A stretch of DNA of 59,212 bases, counting the filler, from Sphacelaria rigidula (taxonomy: Eukaryota): NCBI GenBank assembly GCA_964200075.2. It is 5 parts of 5 records of this genome, joined end to end, with 100 filler letters (N's around TTAATTAATTAA, not from the genome) between each part and the next. Parts side by side here need not be neighbours in the genome. Positions count along the whole stretch, not along the records: positions 1 to 11,764 come from CAXNAA020004535.1; positions 11,865 to 23,627 come from CAXNAA020004536.1; 3 more parts are not named here. The stretch is one strand, 5' to 3'. Both the position numbers and the translations under genes were made by a program. This document shows positions 1-13,536 of this stretch, one piece after another (position 1 is the first letter of the stretch; every line of letters starts with the position of its first letter). The notes under the pieces were generated by a model. The model worked only from the letters and a program-made list of their open reading frames with translations, made no database searches and was not told where the DNA came from.

Positions 1-352
1 GGTAAAATGCCCCAGGAGAACGCTTGGCAGGGTGATCGACGGAGGGTTCGATTTGGCTCGCTCGAATAAAAATGAGGGGACATGAACCCTTGCCTTCCCC
101 CCCGCCCCCCGCCCCCCCCCCCCTGCTCCTGCCCCGCACACAATCTTTGCGAGGTCTTTCAGAGCGCGCCGAGATATAGTGACCTGCTTCCACCCTCGAA
201 TTGAGAGGAAAGCATTTGGGAATACTCCATGTCTCCCACCCGGAGATGGAGAGGACCACACGCACGTGAAAATATCATGCATTCCCCACGTCCCATTGCT
301 TAGCCGTGCTCGTCGAACAAATGCACTTCTCAGAACATATTTCAGATAGCGA

Positions 353-397
<45 letters not shown>

Positions 398-2040
398 CCC
401 CCCCACCCCCCCCACCCCCCCCCCCGGCACCGGCACCACCACCCCCCGCNNNNNNNNNNATCCTCTTCTCTCCACTTTTTATGCACCGTCAATTACTCCA
501 TTTCCCAATCAATTAGTATTCCATAGTTCCCCTCCCCCCCCCCCCCCCCCCTCCCCCCCTGCCCCCTTCGTATACATCACGGACAAGCACACCACGGAGA
601 CAAGGCGAAGCGAGCCCTGCCGTCAGACCCGCGGCCTGAAACCGACAACACAGTTGTCACACAGAGGACGGGTGCTCCCAAATAACCGGCTCGTTTTCGA
701 GCCCTTGCGTGTTGAAGAAGTCTCCGCAAACCCTGCAACGTTCTATCGCAGATGCTACTCTCTAGATTCTCCCACGCATACCACAACCCCACACGCTCTC
801 AGGGGCCCCCTCACGACGGTAAACATGAAGAACTTGTGGCTCAACAGCGACAGCCACGTGTCCCCCCCCGAAATTTTGAATTTAAGCAACCAAGAGCAGA
901 GGAATATATACAACGCTGCATTTGCAGCAGCGTACTTCTCTTCGTATTTCTGGACCCCCCCCCTCCCTCGCGCGCAAGCAGCCTTTTGCACCCTGCCATG
1001 ACCGTGTGCCCGTATTACAGGGCAAGACAACGCTAACAAAAAAAAATGGTGCGAAGACCGCTCATGCCCGCTCTTTCACACCCTATGACCACGTTACGCA
1101 TTGACCCTATTTAGAACGAACGTGGGCACCCAAGAATAAAGTTTGAACCTCTCACCCGCCCCTCCAAAGACACACACTACCAGTACAGAGCAAGGTTTAC
1201 TTCTTGCTTTCGCGTGCAAATCAAACACGTCCAACAACATACATGTGGTATGTGTATGTAGAAACGCGCGCGCTGGTACAAAAACAGGTGTCGAAATATT
1301 CGACACAAGAACGACAGAACTACAACGACATACTAAAAAAAAAAAACGAGGGGCAGAGGTCACCAACACAACGGTATCTCCATATAATCCCCCACCATGC
1401 AGGTACGAACCGGCCGAGCGTCCGAGGCCGGTAAAACTCTCACGATGATAACATTCACAGGCATACCAAATATTCCTTTCATCCTCATTTTGATACCCCC
1501 ACTCCCCTCCGCCAAACCCCCAAACCCTACACGTACGGCAGAGCTTCCCCCACCACAGCCACTTCGGTCCAGTCTCCTCAGGCACACCCGGACCGCTGCC
1601 CGGCATCAGGCAGACACTTGTCCGTGCCTCTCGCTGTTGGAACGCACAGCGACCTTCGTCGTAGCGGTCTTGGAAGGGCTTCGACACGCATGACCGTGAA
1701 AAAAAAAACTCCCATATTCTGTTGCCGTAGATCCGTCCTTGGTGTCGCCAGGAAGAACGTCAGCGAAGACGAACACCTCCACCCATCAGGAACCCAGGCC
1801 TGGGTTCCCCTCTCGCAGCTGGATCTTCTTTCAGGGTGCTGTCCGAGCGTGCAACCAAATCCTGCTTGCGCTGGTGCTTTCCCTTTGTCGAGACTGCAGG
1901 GAAATGTGCCTTGACGGTCTTGAGAGGGCTCAGATATACGCAGTCGCCAATAAAAACATACGAACATATGTGCTGTTGCCTTAGGTTCAGCTTGGCTGTC
2001 ACCGTGCTCACACGCCAGTAAACACGAGCGCCTCCGCCTT

Positions 2041-5000
2041 TCAGAAACCCAGAGGGGAGTTGTCTCCCTCGCACTCCTGGAGCTGCTTCAGGAATCCGAG
2101 AATGATCTCCAGGAATCCCATCTGCCGAAGTGGGACGATACGGGGGGACGGGGGAAGTCAGGGTACAAAAGGACGCCTAGAGATGTGTGCAAATACTCTA
2201 AAAATATGGCATGACTAAAACTCAGGCAACAAAGAAGTGGAGGGGGTAGAGATCGCGCGTCTGCTCATCTCAGTACCGTTTCTTCACCACAAAATATTGC
2301 ACGGAACATCGCTGAGCGAGGACGCCAAAACCATGTTTCACTCAATTGTGCTACACACACTGGTCGGCAATAATTAAGGCTTGTAGAGCGATCGTTACTT
2401 AGGCATGATGTTCGACAGCGAAGTAAACTACCCAGCGCAAGCCGGGTGCTCCAATCCCCTTGTCCGTGCCGTTTCACACCGATCTCCGTAGTCCTCGTCT
2501 GGACTTCACCTTTTGCATGTCGATTAAAACAGCTCATGTGTTTGCTATCCTCCAATCGCGGCACCATGAAACAACACAATACGCACAACAGATGCACCCA
2601 CACAAAGATGTGATACTCTTCAGACAAAAATAACGCATTGCAAACGATCCTCACCTCATCTTCGGTCGGGCGATTCGGGGGGCCTTGTAGCCACGAGGTG
2701 TAGTGCTGCATGCACTGCCCCGCGAAATGCTGGTCGGCCACCCGGATCTGCTTGAATAGATCTGCAAACGGCGGGAACAGCTCTGCCACGAGTCGGATTT
2801 CTCCCTCTTCGCGATCGGATGCCTCAACCACCTTGAGCATCCCGGTCACCAGCTCCGAAGTCATCCGTTCCAACCCTGGATGGGGAAAAAGGTAGGCACA
2901 TGAGAGGTATTGGCGGGGGTGGGCGTCAGTGTAGTGCTGGCGATCACTTGCGTGAAAGCTAGCGTGGTGAGTTGGCAAAACAAATCAGGTGACCATTAAC
3001 GAACAGTAAACGAGAGCGGCCTATTCGTATTCTTGTCGCGGTCGATGACGGGGGCGTTCATTTTTCCGTGCAAGCCTGACAACGAACCACGAGGCAGCGC
3101 CTGTACTCGGCCACGATGTGAACACGTCGGTATCGATGATTCCGCGCACCCAAGCTATTGGTTCATTTCATTGATACGTTTTGGACAAGGAGGAAGTAGA
3201 GAGATGCATCACCTATACGTACTACAGTGGAAACGCCCCTGTAACTATCAGGGCAACGAAAACTTTGAAGAAAAAAGTAGAAACACAAGATCAAGAGTCG
3301 AATTCTCACCGACGAGAGCGTCTTGCTGAAACTTCTGCTCCGTGTACCTCGCCGGATTCCGCTTGGCATCCAGGACGCTCGGCTTAGTAAGCCCGGCCGC
3401 CATCACCTGGTAGGTTTACGTACGGGCGGTGGAGGTGCACACATTGCATACCATCGGAGGTCAAGGATGAAAAGGAGACAAGGGGAGTTTCTGGGGATGT
3501 GGAAAGCGGCGTCTTCTGATTCGAGAAGCAAGTTTGTTTTCATGCAACGCGGCGAGAGATACATCTCTTGTTACCCTTTATTGGGAAGTAAAATGCGTTG
3601 CACGATACATGCACAAGCGAAAAGTTGGTGGCCCCGCCAAGCCCAACTGTATCGGACGTTCCGACTTGAGCAAAGCTTGCTCTCTCTTCGTCCTAGGTCT
3701 CTCCTCATGCGAATCACTGTTGAGATTGTGAAGTGCATCGAATGGTTCGAAAAACAACAGCCACTATAATAGTATCGCTTCTTGCGACGTGAATACCATG
3801 GGTCTTCTATTGCGGTAACGGAACCAATCCACCCACTAGTAGCACACAGTCTACGGTGCTACAGTTGTCCCGGTGGTTTATCGTGACACTTTGAGCCCAC
3901 TCAAGATACAAGCCAATGGTGCTTGTCTGAAGTCACCTTGCTGTCAATAGCTCGTAGCTCCTCGTCCGAAAACGGCAGGCGGGTCTCCGGCTCCAAAAAG
4001 TCGCCTGTGCTGATGAAGTAATCCACCAGGGAATCCAGGTTGTAAAGCACAACCCTCCCGTTGGGTCGCACGAAACGGTGGTGATTCTTCCCGACCTTGA
4101 CGAGCATGATCGGATCCAGCTCGTTCACGCGCCCGTCGTGGCCATCCCTCCCCTCCCCTTCACCATCCTCCTTATCCCACCCCTCGCACCCAGCACCACA
4201 ACTCGAAGCACCGCTTTCCTCTCGCACAACAAGCCTTCCATCGCCCGACGCTCGTCCTTTGCTCTTCCGGGATGAACCGCTGCCTGCTCCTCTGCTTTTC
4301 GCCTTGCCTTTCCCCTTCCCTCTGCCGCGGCCGCTCAACGACGAAGAACGACCTGACCCAGATCCCGATCCTGCACCCGGCCTCCTACGCTTGGCGATTG
4401 TGCCCTCGCCGCCCCCAGTAGCTCCATACAGCTCTGCTTCTTCATCGACCCTACTCGGGCACCCTGCAATGCCATTGCTGCTATTGGTGGCTGCAGCGTC
4501 ACCACTCCCGCCCTCGGCACTACCGCAACTACTGCGGCTGCTAAAGCCGCTGCCAGTGCTGATGCTGCCGCTGTTCGCGCCTCCGGCGCCGCTACCCTTG
4601 GCTGTTGAAGTACCCGCCCCTCCTCTCCCCCGAGACAGCTTGGGGTGGGACTCCCGCCGACCTGGCTGGGGCCGTGGTGACCTAGAAGATGAAGTTGCTG
4701 ATCTCGACGGTGATGTTGTCCGCGATGCATGGGAGCCCTCTTCCGCTGCCGCTGCCCCTTTCCTGCGTCTGCCCGGCGCAGAGCTACGGCGAGGTGTATC
4801 AGAAGCAAATGAGTGGGGTTCAGGATTTTCTGACAGGGCGTTGCCGCTGCCGCCGACAGCAACCGCGGCGGTGGCGGCAGCAGCGTGTAACCTTGATCGA
4901 GAGCGCGTTTGAACGAAGATGGACGCCGGTGGAATGCCCTGTTGTGTGCCTACGGCTGCCGAATTGCTGGAACTCGAAACTGACGAGGCAGATCGGCCGC

Positions 5001-5055
5001 TGCTACCCCCACCGCCGCCGCTGGGCCGGCAGGGGCGTTTGCTTCGCGGAGCCAT
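2041..5055 (-). CDS. Complete 4-exon gene, about 505 aa: long Ser/Gly-rich disordered N-terminus, a U-box/RING-like motif without Zn ligands, and a helical C-terminus; function unknown
   Basis: Exons 5055-3937 (ATG MAPRSKR...RAIDSK), 3406-3310 (VMAAGLTKPSVLDAKRNPARYTEQKFQQDALV), 2875-2655 (GLERMTSEL...PPNRPTEDE) and 2121-2041 (MGFLEIIL...PLGF*). All junctions are GT-AG with consistent phases (0,1,0) and the spliced frame is open. The motif DPIM...YNLDSLVDYFISTGDFLEPETRLPF resembles the U-box pattern (inference). An additional upstream exon is not excluded. Confidence 0.8.
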
Positions 5056-5568
5056 GGAGTCAACATTGTTGCTCTTCAACGTGGCGTTGGCGTTGATGCC
5101 TGCTGTAGAGGGACGGCTGTTTGATTCATTGCGCTTGAGGGAGATCTGGCGGGCGCGCTGCAGTCGAGGGTAGTCGTACTGGCAGAGTGGACAGAAAAGG
5201 AATTGGACGGCGGGGCCGTCCGCAACAGGTGTCGATTCAACTCAGTGAGGAATTGTGTGACGAGAGATTGCATGCAATCCGCTTGGGTCAAAACATGTGT
5301 GGAGATGTGCAAAAAAAGTGCAGGGGTACGCGCGAGGTAAGTATAGGTACAGAGCCGTCATCATCAACATCACCTGAACTCGAGTGAGACGTATATCCGG
5401 ACAGTGGGATTTCTTGTCGTACGACGGTAGCTTTTACCGCATAGAAAATTCTCGACAACGTTATCAGCAAGATAAATGCAAACAACGACCAGACAAACGT
5501 AAACATACGTAATCACCATTTGCGCGACGAAACACGTGTACGTGAGAAGATCCTTGCTCTCCAAACGA

Positions 5569-5622
<54 letters not shown>

Positions 5623-8600
5623 CCCGGGCGCAGCCCCGCGCGTTCTGCTGCTCTTCTTCTACAAGGCGCCACGCCCCCACGAGCCAGCTACNNNNNNNNN
5701 NTAAACCTTTCTTATTTTCTTTTGCTGGTCAAAACCCTTTTTTTTGAAAAGATTCTTTCCCTCCAAACATATTACCCCCCCCCCCCCCCCCCCTCCCCGC
5801 TGCACAAACACGGCAGGAGATGTATTTGGGACGCCCGTCCGTTTGTTTCATGTAGCGCAATACCGAAGGACGCGACACGCATAGTTGCTAAGCTTGCCAG
5901 GGTAAAACATCAACGAGTTAGCAGGCATCCTATTCTGAACGTGAGTCCGGCTAGCTACACTACAGGTAGCGAGCGCGGGGTGTTTTCTTTTTTCAACAGA
6001 ACATATTGGAGCAAAGTGATGGGATTCAACCGCTGACCACGTGTCGTGTTCTCAGCTGTGCCTGAATTTTCATTTATCAACCCGCCAGTGCAACGCGAAT
6101 GCCTCTCACTTCCTGTACCTGTACAGGTAGGTACTGCACAGCACGTCGCCGGTGTCAGCACTCAGGAAGTGCGGGGGCGTGGATACTCCGCTCAAAACTT
6201 ACAGTACACCGACGAACGAAATCCTGCGCGTGAACAGCTCCTAATTTCATCTTGCGCATCATCTCCGGTAACGTACACGGGTTGTGTATACACCACAATT
6301 GCCAGCAGCTGCTTAGCCCACGTGAGTGTAATATACGAACGTCTTCGTCCGAGCGACACGCACGCGGATCTCACCACAAGATATTGAATCGGAGTCAAGA
6401 CACCTCAATTGGAGTCTAGTCACACGCACCTGGTGATACCCTAGGCAGCTAAAACAAAAAAACATCATCGCCTCTTCAAACTAACCATCGTGATGGCATC
6501 GCTTCAACTCTTGCACACAGACAAAACGACGCTTGTATGTAAAAACTCGGAACGGAATCAAAAGTATGAGTCCGCACATTTTTCTCTCAAGCTCGAGCAC
6601 GCGTGGCGTGGCGTGCTCCCTTAACAACAAGGGGCGGATGGAACTTCGGTAATCTGTGACCCTTTTTTCACTGCCGGATAAAATCACACCCTCGCCCTCC
6701 CTCGCGCCCTGTTCCGGCTGAAGGATAGTGCCTGAGTATCAAACTGTCGATCAAGCACCTTGCTGATGAACGAGCAACTACTGCTTCAGGTGCCGTATAA
6801 TGAAAAACTGAGGAGGGGATCTAGCCTAAAAAAACGTTCTGTGCGAGGTATCGCGGCTGATAAAATTCGACAGCACGCCCTGACGGCAGTACAGACAGTA
6901 TCGTGCCGTACCATGCAAGTATCATACACTGATGGCGGCCTAACAAGGGCTTTCGAGCACATAAACCCATATAATGAGGAACTGGCGATGCTCACCTTGG
7001 ATCGCAAGTGGCCGAACAGGGCGGGCTTGGACAACGTGGAGAGGCTAGCCGGTTCCAATTGTGCGTGCCGCGCGAGCCTGGAGTGATGCAGTTGATGGAT
7101 ACATCAGATATCATGAAGACGAACAAACGAATCCGTCTGATCCGAAGACGGAGCATCCTCGGTACTTCATTGTCCGTACTATCTAAACTAGGAGCCGAGG
7201 TGTGTGCGTGTGTGAGAAAGAGAAATAGAGAGCGTGTACGCTCCCCCATAAGCTAGAAAAGTAGACGTAGCTCCCTCTGGGAGCGACAACGTTTGGGTGC
7301 GGCGTGGGTGCCTGTCGCAGAAAGATGGATTCCGCTCCTTCCTCATTTTCATCACACCACACAGAACAACGAATTGGTGACGTTTGTTTGAACCCCATGG
7401 TGATGGCCGGAAAAAACATGACACGTAACACCACTTGTTTGCAGGGGGTATGATGCCTAGAACACAGACCAAAGTAAGCCCCTTCTCGGGTACAGCCAGT
7501 TGCGCCAAAGCCCATCGAGGCTCAATGGTGACATTTTGCCCCAAGCTCACTAACCCGACCAAAACCTCCAAGGACGGGCTGCTCCTGGTTTCCATCTTCG
7601 CCCAAGCCGTAAACAGAAAGCTTTAGCTTCCGATCGGTTTCCAACTTGACGTCGGCCGGAATACAGCAGCACACTATCCTCTCCGCAAAGGTCCCAAGCT
7701 GACAGGCGTCTGTTGATAGTGCCCGCACTCACTAGCGAGCTTCTGTGACGCACGGGAAGGGACTGTAAGACACACGTTGACGCGCTGCTCTGCACTGTCT
7801 GCACTAGCACGGACGCTGTGCTGTCACCTGCACTTTCTCTGATGCTGTACAAGGGTACAATGCCACTTCGTTGTGGAAATATACTGACTGTATAGTGTGT
7901 AGGAAGTGCCTGTTGGAAGTCGACCGGTAATGACTGATGTGACACGAGCAGACAGACAGTGCCGTTAGTACCTTGGACGGAAAGCGGCATCACCTGAACA
8001 AACCACGGAGACAAAATATCTACCAGATAATTGCCGGAGATCATGATCATGTACACAATCCCTTGAATAAGCAAGTCTTGCGAGTAGGCAGAGGCCTCCG
8101 ACAGCAAGCCAGGCGAACTACCCGCACACCCGTTTTTTGCCCAACAAAATGTTCGCTGAAAAAGTCGATATTTTTGTGTTTCCCAAGAACAGCACTGGCA
8201 AATCCGAGAGAGCAACAACCAACCGAAGCGAGACGCATGAAGAGATCAGTAGTGCTACACACGAGGAGGTGCTTCCGTATCTAGGGAGGGAATGAGCATG
8301 GCATTTTACTTGTAGTCACCTGTATGCTTGCTTGACGACGTGTTGCAATATGTCCTCCCTCGGTGATGTGATGTGTGTGTCTACAACAGTCTAATTTGCT
8401 GATGCATCAAGTTCAAGTCGGTTGAACCGGTGAACCGTGACCCGGTCCGCTCTTTTACCCGTCGTCATGAAAGACCGAAGATATTCTTTCTCCACATGGC
8501 AGTCGCGGTGAAACATGTCGTGACTTGCATCATGATGGTCATAATAGTAGAGTGAGATATCTGACCTGCTGCGGCTATCAAAGAGCTAGATATGAAAAAA

Positions 8601-9480
8601 AATGTTTGGATGTTAGTGATATTTCGATCGGTGGTAGGGTAATATGTGAGCGTTTGTCGTCCCCATCGCCCGTCGTGCGCGTGTGGGCACGTGAAGATCC
8701 TCCGTGAACATCGAAGGGTATGACATCGTCACACCATACGGAGACTGCTTTTACTGTTCCGAATAACGCATAGTAAAACATAAACATTCCTCATCGCACA
8801 CACGAGGCAACGAACACGACGAGAAGTGAAAAAGACCATGAACATCCCCACCAATATTGACAAGTACCATTGCTTCGCCTTTCGTTGCACAGATGAATAA
8901 AATCGAAGGTAAACGAAGGCCTTCGTGGCGTAAAAGTATCACTCCGGCGGAACCTTTTGCTGGTTCGCTTGAAAACGACAAGTCCATGAGCCCATGTTCG
9001 TAAAGCTGCCGAGGCAATGAGGGTGGTATTCCTCGTCACGCATGACTTCACCTTCCCGTGCTGGAACCGAGCCCCCATGAGTATTGGACCTTTTCTCGGG
9101 AGGATCTTTGAAACCCGTGATAATGAATGCATAGATTTGTGGTGGTGGGATGGTGTATATTTTTCGGGGAAACGCTTGAAGCACGACATTGCGACGCTCT
9201 CCGCGAAGGGCAGCAGCGTCATGTACAACAGTAGTATCATCATGTTCGAGTGACCGAAATTTGATGCATCTTGACACAGTACAAGCTGGGCCAGCAGTGA
9301 ATCCCGCATTCGCATGTCACACCATAACTTATCAAGTTTACCAAATCAGCCCGACTTGGGTATATCGGTGTGACCTGCAGACCAACGTGGTGACGCACAG
9401 GATCGCCGCTGAATGAAAAAAAAATGAAAACAAATGTACTGCATAATGTATCGCCTAACCGACGGAACAAAAAAAAAGAA

Positions 9481-9548
9481 TCCGTCGGGGTTCGAACTCG
9501 TGACCTCCATAGCTGGAGTCCACTGCATCACTTAGATTAAACGAGGGC
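9481..9548 (-). repeat. Degenerate tRNA-derived (SINE-head-like) sequence
   Basis: Minus strand carries a B-box-like GAGTTCGAACCC followed by a T-run; no complete cloverleaf. Confidence 0.3.
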
Positions 9549-9892
9549 AGCCGTGCCACACGAAAAGTTGGATGCTGCGCAATATTTCTGATTTTTTTGG
9601 CCGAAATTGCACCAGGATCTCCTCTGCACAAGGACGCACGACTACACTAGGGATGCTCCCGTATTGATTATTTTTCACGGAGTTAAATCAGTTTCCTAGT
9701 TTCTGCAGAAACTTCAAATCGCTACTCGTAGTAGCTTTCTGTTCTTTTCCCTTCTTTTCTTGGCATCTCCGGGAAGGTTGTGCGCAGTGATGATAAAAAT
9801 GTTGTGTCAAAATTTCAGCGCCCAACGCTTCAGATTACCCACCGTCCGGCCCGGTGAAGTGTTTACGAGACCTTGTCAACGTGGGAAAGAAA

Positions 9893-10289
9893 CAGTGGAT
9901 TCTCGAAAATGGGGTTGAAAAAAAATGAGGTTCAACAAAAAATCGTGGTTTCCCTGATCTAAATTCATGACAAATGACTTTCATATGGACGGCCACATCC
10001 CTCCCGACCTGCCTAAAACTATTTCGAAGGATTTCTAGCCCTCCGTTCCCCCAAAGTGTATATGTGCGAAAGCACGATTTTGGATCCGAAAAACGTCCTT
10101 TTTTCACCCCGAAATCGAGGCAAAAAAAAATGGGGAACGGAAAGCTAACCCCCCCCCCCGAAATAGTTTTAGGGAGGTCGAGAGGGATTACTTCGTCCGT
10201 ATGAAAGTCATTTGTCATGGACTTAGGTCAGGGACGGCTTTTGAGTTAAACCTCGTTTTTTTTCCAACCCCATTTTCGAGAATCCACTG
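9893..10289. mobile_element. MITE-like non-autonomous TIR element, about 400 bp
   Basis: CAGTGGATTCTCGAAAATGGGGTTG at 9893 and its exact reverse complement CAACCCCATTTTCGAGAATCCACTG ending at 10289; imperfect pairing extends to about 50 bp. No coding capacity and no clear TSD. Confidence 0.75.
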
Positions 10290-11764
10290 TTGGATGCTGT
10301 GTGTAAATTTTCAGATAAAAACTTGTCCATCTTGCGCGGGTTTGAACGCATAACAGTATATTCCGGTGGCTAACGACGATTACGCAGAAGGGGGGATAGC
10401 ACCGAACCCCCCCCCCCTGGGTTCTAAAATAGCCCCGAATGAAGCTGAAACCTGTGAGTCACCGTAATTTTGGGGTGGGGATCACGAATCCGTTCTCGGA
10501 ATTTCATAGTTGGTTTTCGGTACAAAAAAGTTACAGGCGAGCTCATGGCCCATATTTTTGGCGCCTCCGCTACACCCTGGCCGTTTATGACCTTGAGGGC
10601 CGAGTCCGGGCACGAGTTTTGGTTTGAGAAATGTTTTGAATGGCTCTATCACCCCTACTTCGGCCAAGCGGAAGCAATTGCCGTCGATTCCGCAAACGAA
10701 AAAGTTCGGGAGTGCGGAGAAAAAAATCGGGCCGAAGGAGAACTTTCAATTTGTTGTTGTTGGAACCTTTTTCGGACGTCATTTTTGGGCGTTTCAGGAC
10801 GAACTATGAAATCGATTTTTCATTTGTTCTCTTGTTCGAGCCCGGAGAGTCCATTATACTTTAGCTCGGAACCCGGCCTTTAGACAAAAGTAAGAGACAT
10901 GGCAGGGGGCTGTCGAAAAAAGACTTCGGGACACGTAGGCCCCAAGATCGAAAAATTGAGTTTTCGATGGGCGGGAGGGGTAGGGGGAGGACACCCAGCC
11001 TGCTGTCCCCTATTTCATAGCCGAGGCGTTGGTGGATGCGGTCAGCCGCCGTGCACTGGCATCCTCGGCATGGAGACCGCTGAGATGGTGGGCACGCCGC
11101 ACCCGCCCCCAAGCTCATCACTTACCATGATTACATTTATGGGATCATGTTCCGTGTCATCTGCCTTGAGTACCTACCTGTAGTCCAGGCAAGTTTGGCG
11201 AGGCGTGAGATAATCTTGCGACTTTGGCTACAGGCTGCATGTCGCTACCGTGCGCTTCATCGGGACAGAGCGGGTGAGGAGCAGAAACAAATATATCACG
11301 AACCTCGCAAATCCCACCAGACTTTTCGGTTTTGTCATTGGTTCTTGACCAATTTCTTCGACATCATTATTTGACAACAAAAAAATCAAGACAATTTTCG
11401 AAAAAATGCCCTCCATGAGGGGGGGGGGGAGCGCTCCGTGTCAGAAAATATTCTCCCGACAGCCCCCTGGACATGGTATAAATAAGGAGGAAAGAAACGC
11501 TTCCCGAACGCATAATTTATGATATCATGCCGACCGCCATCGACAGCTGAAAAGCATGACATAGTCGGATTTGTGTCCAAGGCCATGATGGTGGCGACAC
11601 TTCCTCCGATAGCCCCCCCCCCCCAAAACCAGCCTCGTGACGCACTCATGAGGCAGTGTAGAAGACGTGGCTGTCTCTGGAAGGGGCGATACCAGAAAAT
11701 AAAGCAACTCATTGTAGGCTGTCATCCAAAGGCAAGATAATCAGTAGGCTTCGGGTAGAACAAT

Positions 11765-11864
11765 NNNNNNNNNNNNNNNNNNNNNNNNNNNNNNNNNNNN
11801 NNNNNNNNTTAATTAATTAANNNNNNNNNNNNNNNNNNNNNNNNNNNNNNNNNNNNNNNNNNNN
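11765..11864. other. Artificial scaffold-joining linker (six-frame stop)
   Basis: N44-TTAATTAATTAA-N44, 100 nt. Confidence 0.97.
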
Positions 11865-12447
11865 GGGGAAAGCACTGTTTTAGGCTTGAGCCTCATCTCG
11901 AAGTTAAACCTCAATTCTCACAATTTGTTGTTACATCTGTAAAAAATTAGAAAAATATTCGCGTACAATAACTGAAGACTGTATGCAGTCGTATATTTGA
12001 TATCGTTTAGCCCGAGACACGATGTCCAACAAATAGCTCGTCGTGCAAGTTACAGATGTGCAACGCCGCAGCAAAATGCACAGATTACAAGGGCACGTCA
12101 ATCGCCGGGAAATGATCAGCACCGCGGGTATGAGTTTCACGGGCAAAAATCATCACGAAAACGAAATAAGTGAGAGATGGGAGTAGGGGAGCAACAGCCG
12201 ACAGTACGTGCGCACTGGGCATTGGTCGTGGTAATCGCAGCTATAAACCCAAAGACACGTGTGTAGTAACCTGATGAAGTGGGTAGGTCACTACCAAGCG
12301 GCTATTTCATAGCATTCTGGGGGGTTGTGTGGTGCTGTGCTCAGGTGCTTTTGCCGCCACCCCTGCCACTTATTCTGTGCTTCCGGCGTCTGCTCTTTTG
12401 ACCTACTCTGCCGAGAGAACCTCAAAAACGAGAAGCAACGATATCAT

Positions 12448-13536
12448 ATGGTTCTCTACAGCAACGTGCGCCGGAGAACATCATTTCGGCGGCGTGTGCT
12501 GTACTGCAACATGGCATTGATGCCGGCGGTGATATTGATCTGCACCGTCCTGTTGGGTAGTGGCGACAACTCTGACTCAAGCCGTCAGCAGCACCTGGAT
12601 GACATCCTTCGTGACCAGCGACGCTTGAGCTACATTTCCCTTTTCCCCGATAATGATGCACGCGAGGATTGGATGGGGCTTTTGGGAGATCCTAACCCGA
12701 TCAAGGATGGTCTCACTTTCTGTCGTGTTATTGATCCAAAAACGGAGGAGTTTCTGGAGAAATTACGCTCAGACGCGGAGGAGCAGGGGCTGGACAACGG
12801 AACCAAGGAACAGATGGAAGCTGATATTGCTTTTTATCAAACCTTCCCTTTGTGCGAATCATTGTCAACCGTATCCGCAACGACGCAAAGCGCTCCAGCG
12901 CCACTCGGAAATAGCCATGACAACAGTGTTCGTGACGCAGCACCGCTAGGCAATGGCGGCGACAATAGTCATCGTGCTCCAGCATCGCCAGGCAAAGGCC
13001 ACGATGACTTGCGTCGCTTTTCAAGATTCCCGGGCGACAAGGTATACGAATACCGCGGGGCTGCGACGCTGCTCACGCAGGAGCAATGGGCAGCCGCGGA
13101 AAAATCCTTCGCTGGTTTTGTTACGAAAGGTGTAGATCGAGTATCGACGTGGATGGGCAGAACGGCGACCGACCTTTCTCAACGGCAGCAACGCTTGTGG
13201 GAAGGTATCCAGAAGCGTAGAGCCGATGAAGGTACGGGCGCGACCCTAAAGCAGGCGGGCACCTGGATGCAGCAAAAGATACAGCAACTGCCGACGGCCA
13301 GCTTTCTATCCCGGTGGATGGCGGAAGAAACCGACGAGGGCGATGGAACCACAACAACCAAGACGGCATTCATCGAGGAGATGAAATGGTCAATCGCGCA
13401 ACGGTGGAGTGCTCTGCTAAAACAATTTGATCGTGGTGGAGATGAGGAGGCTCGTGGACAGAAGTGGTATGTCAAGGATGTTTCATTGTTGTTGAACGAC
13501 TGGAAGAAGAAGTTGAGGGCGATGAGCGGCGGTGAG
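12448..13536 (+). CDS. Large first exon of a putative type II membrane or signal-anchored protein of unknown function; possible further exons at 14391-14455 and 17182-17212
   Basis: 363-codon open frame from ATG 12448 with a basic N-terminus (RRRTSFRRR), then a hydrophobic stretch (MALMPAVILICTVLLG), ending at a strong donor GAG|GTGAGC. The candidate downstream exons (ENDSKGPSAGKGKVDKKEKQN, then REFPGTKNKA*) are phase-compatible but tentative. Confidence 0.65.

Noticed and set aside
306..1001. Proline-rich (extensin/formin-like) ORF, and similar ORFs at 5520-6036
   Set aside because: They derive from poly-C runs next to 10-N gaps, which are low-quality or low-complexity sequence, and the ORFs cross Ns.
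4097..4912. 271-aa plus-strand ORF, and plus-strand ORFs at 48943-49563 and 51134-52030
   Set aside because: Antisense shadows of GC-rich minus-strand exons that have splice and motif support.
6560..9315. Possible multi-exon gene on the minus strand (ORFs 7188-7595, 7550-8218, 8791-9315; exon-like 6996-7077)
   Set aside because: I could not build a phase-consistent model or recognise a domain; it needs RNA-seq.
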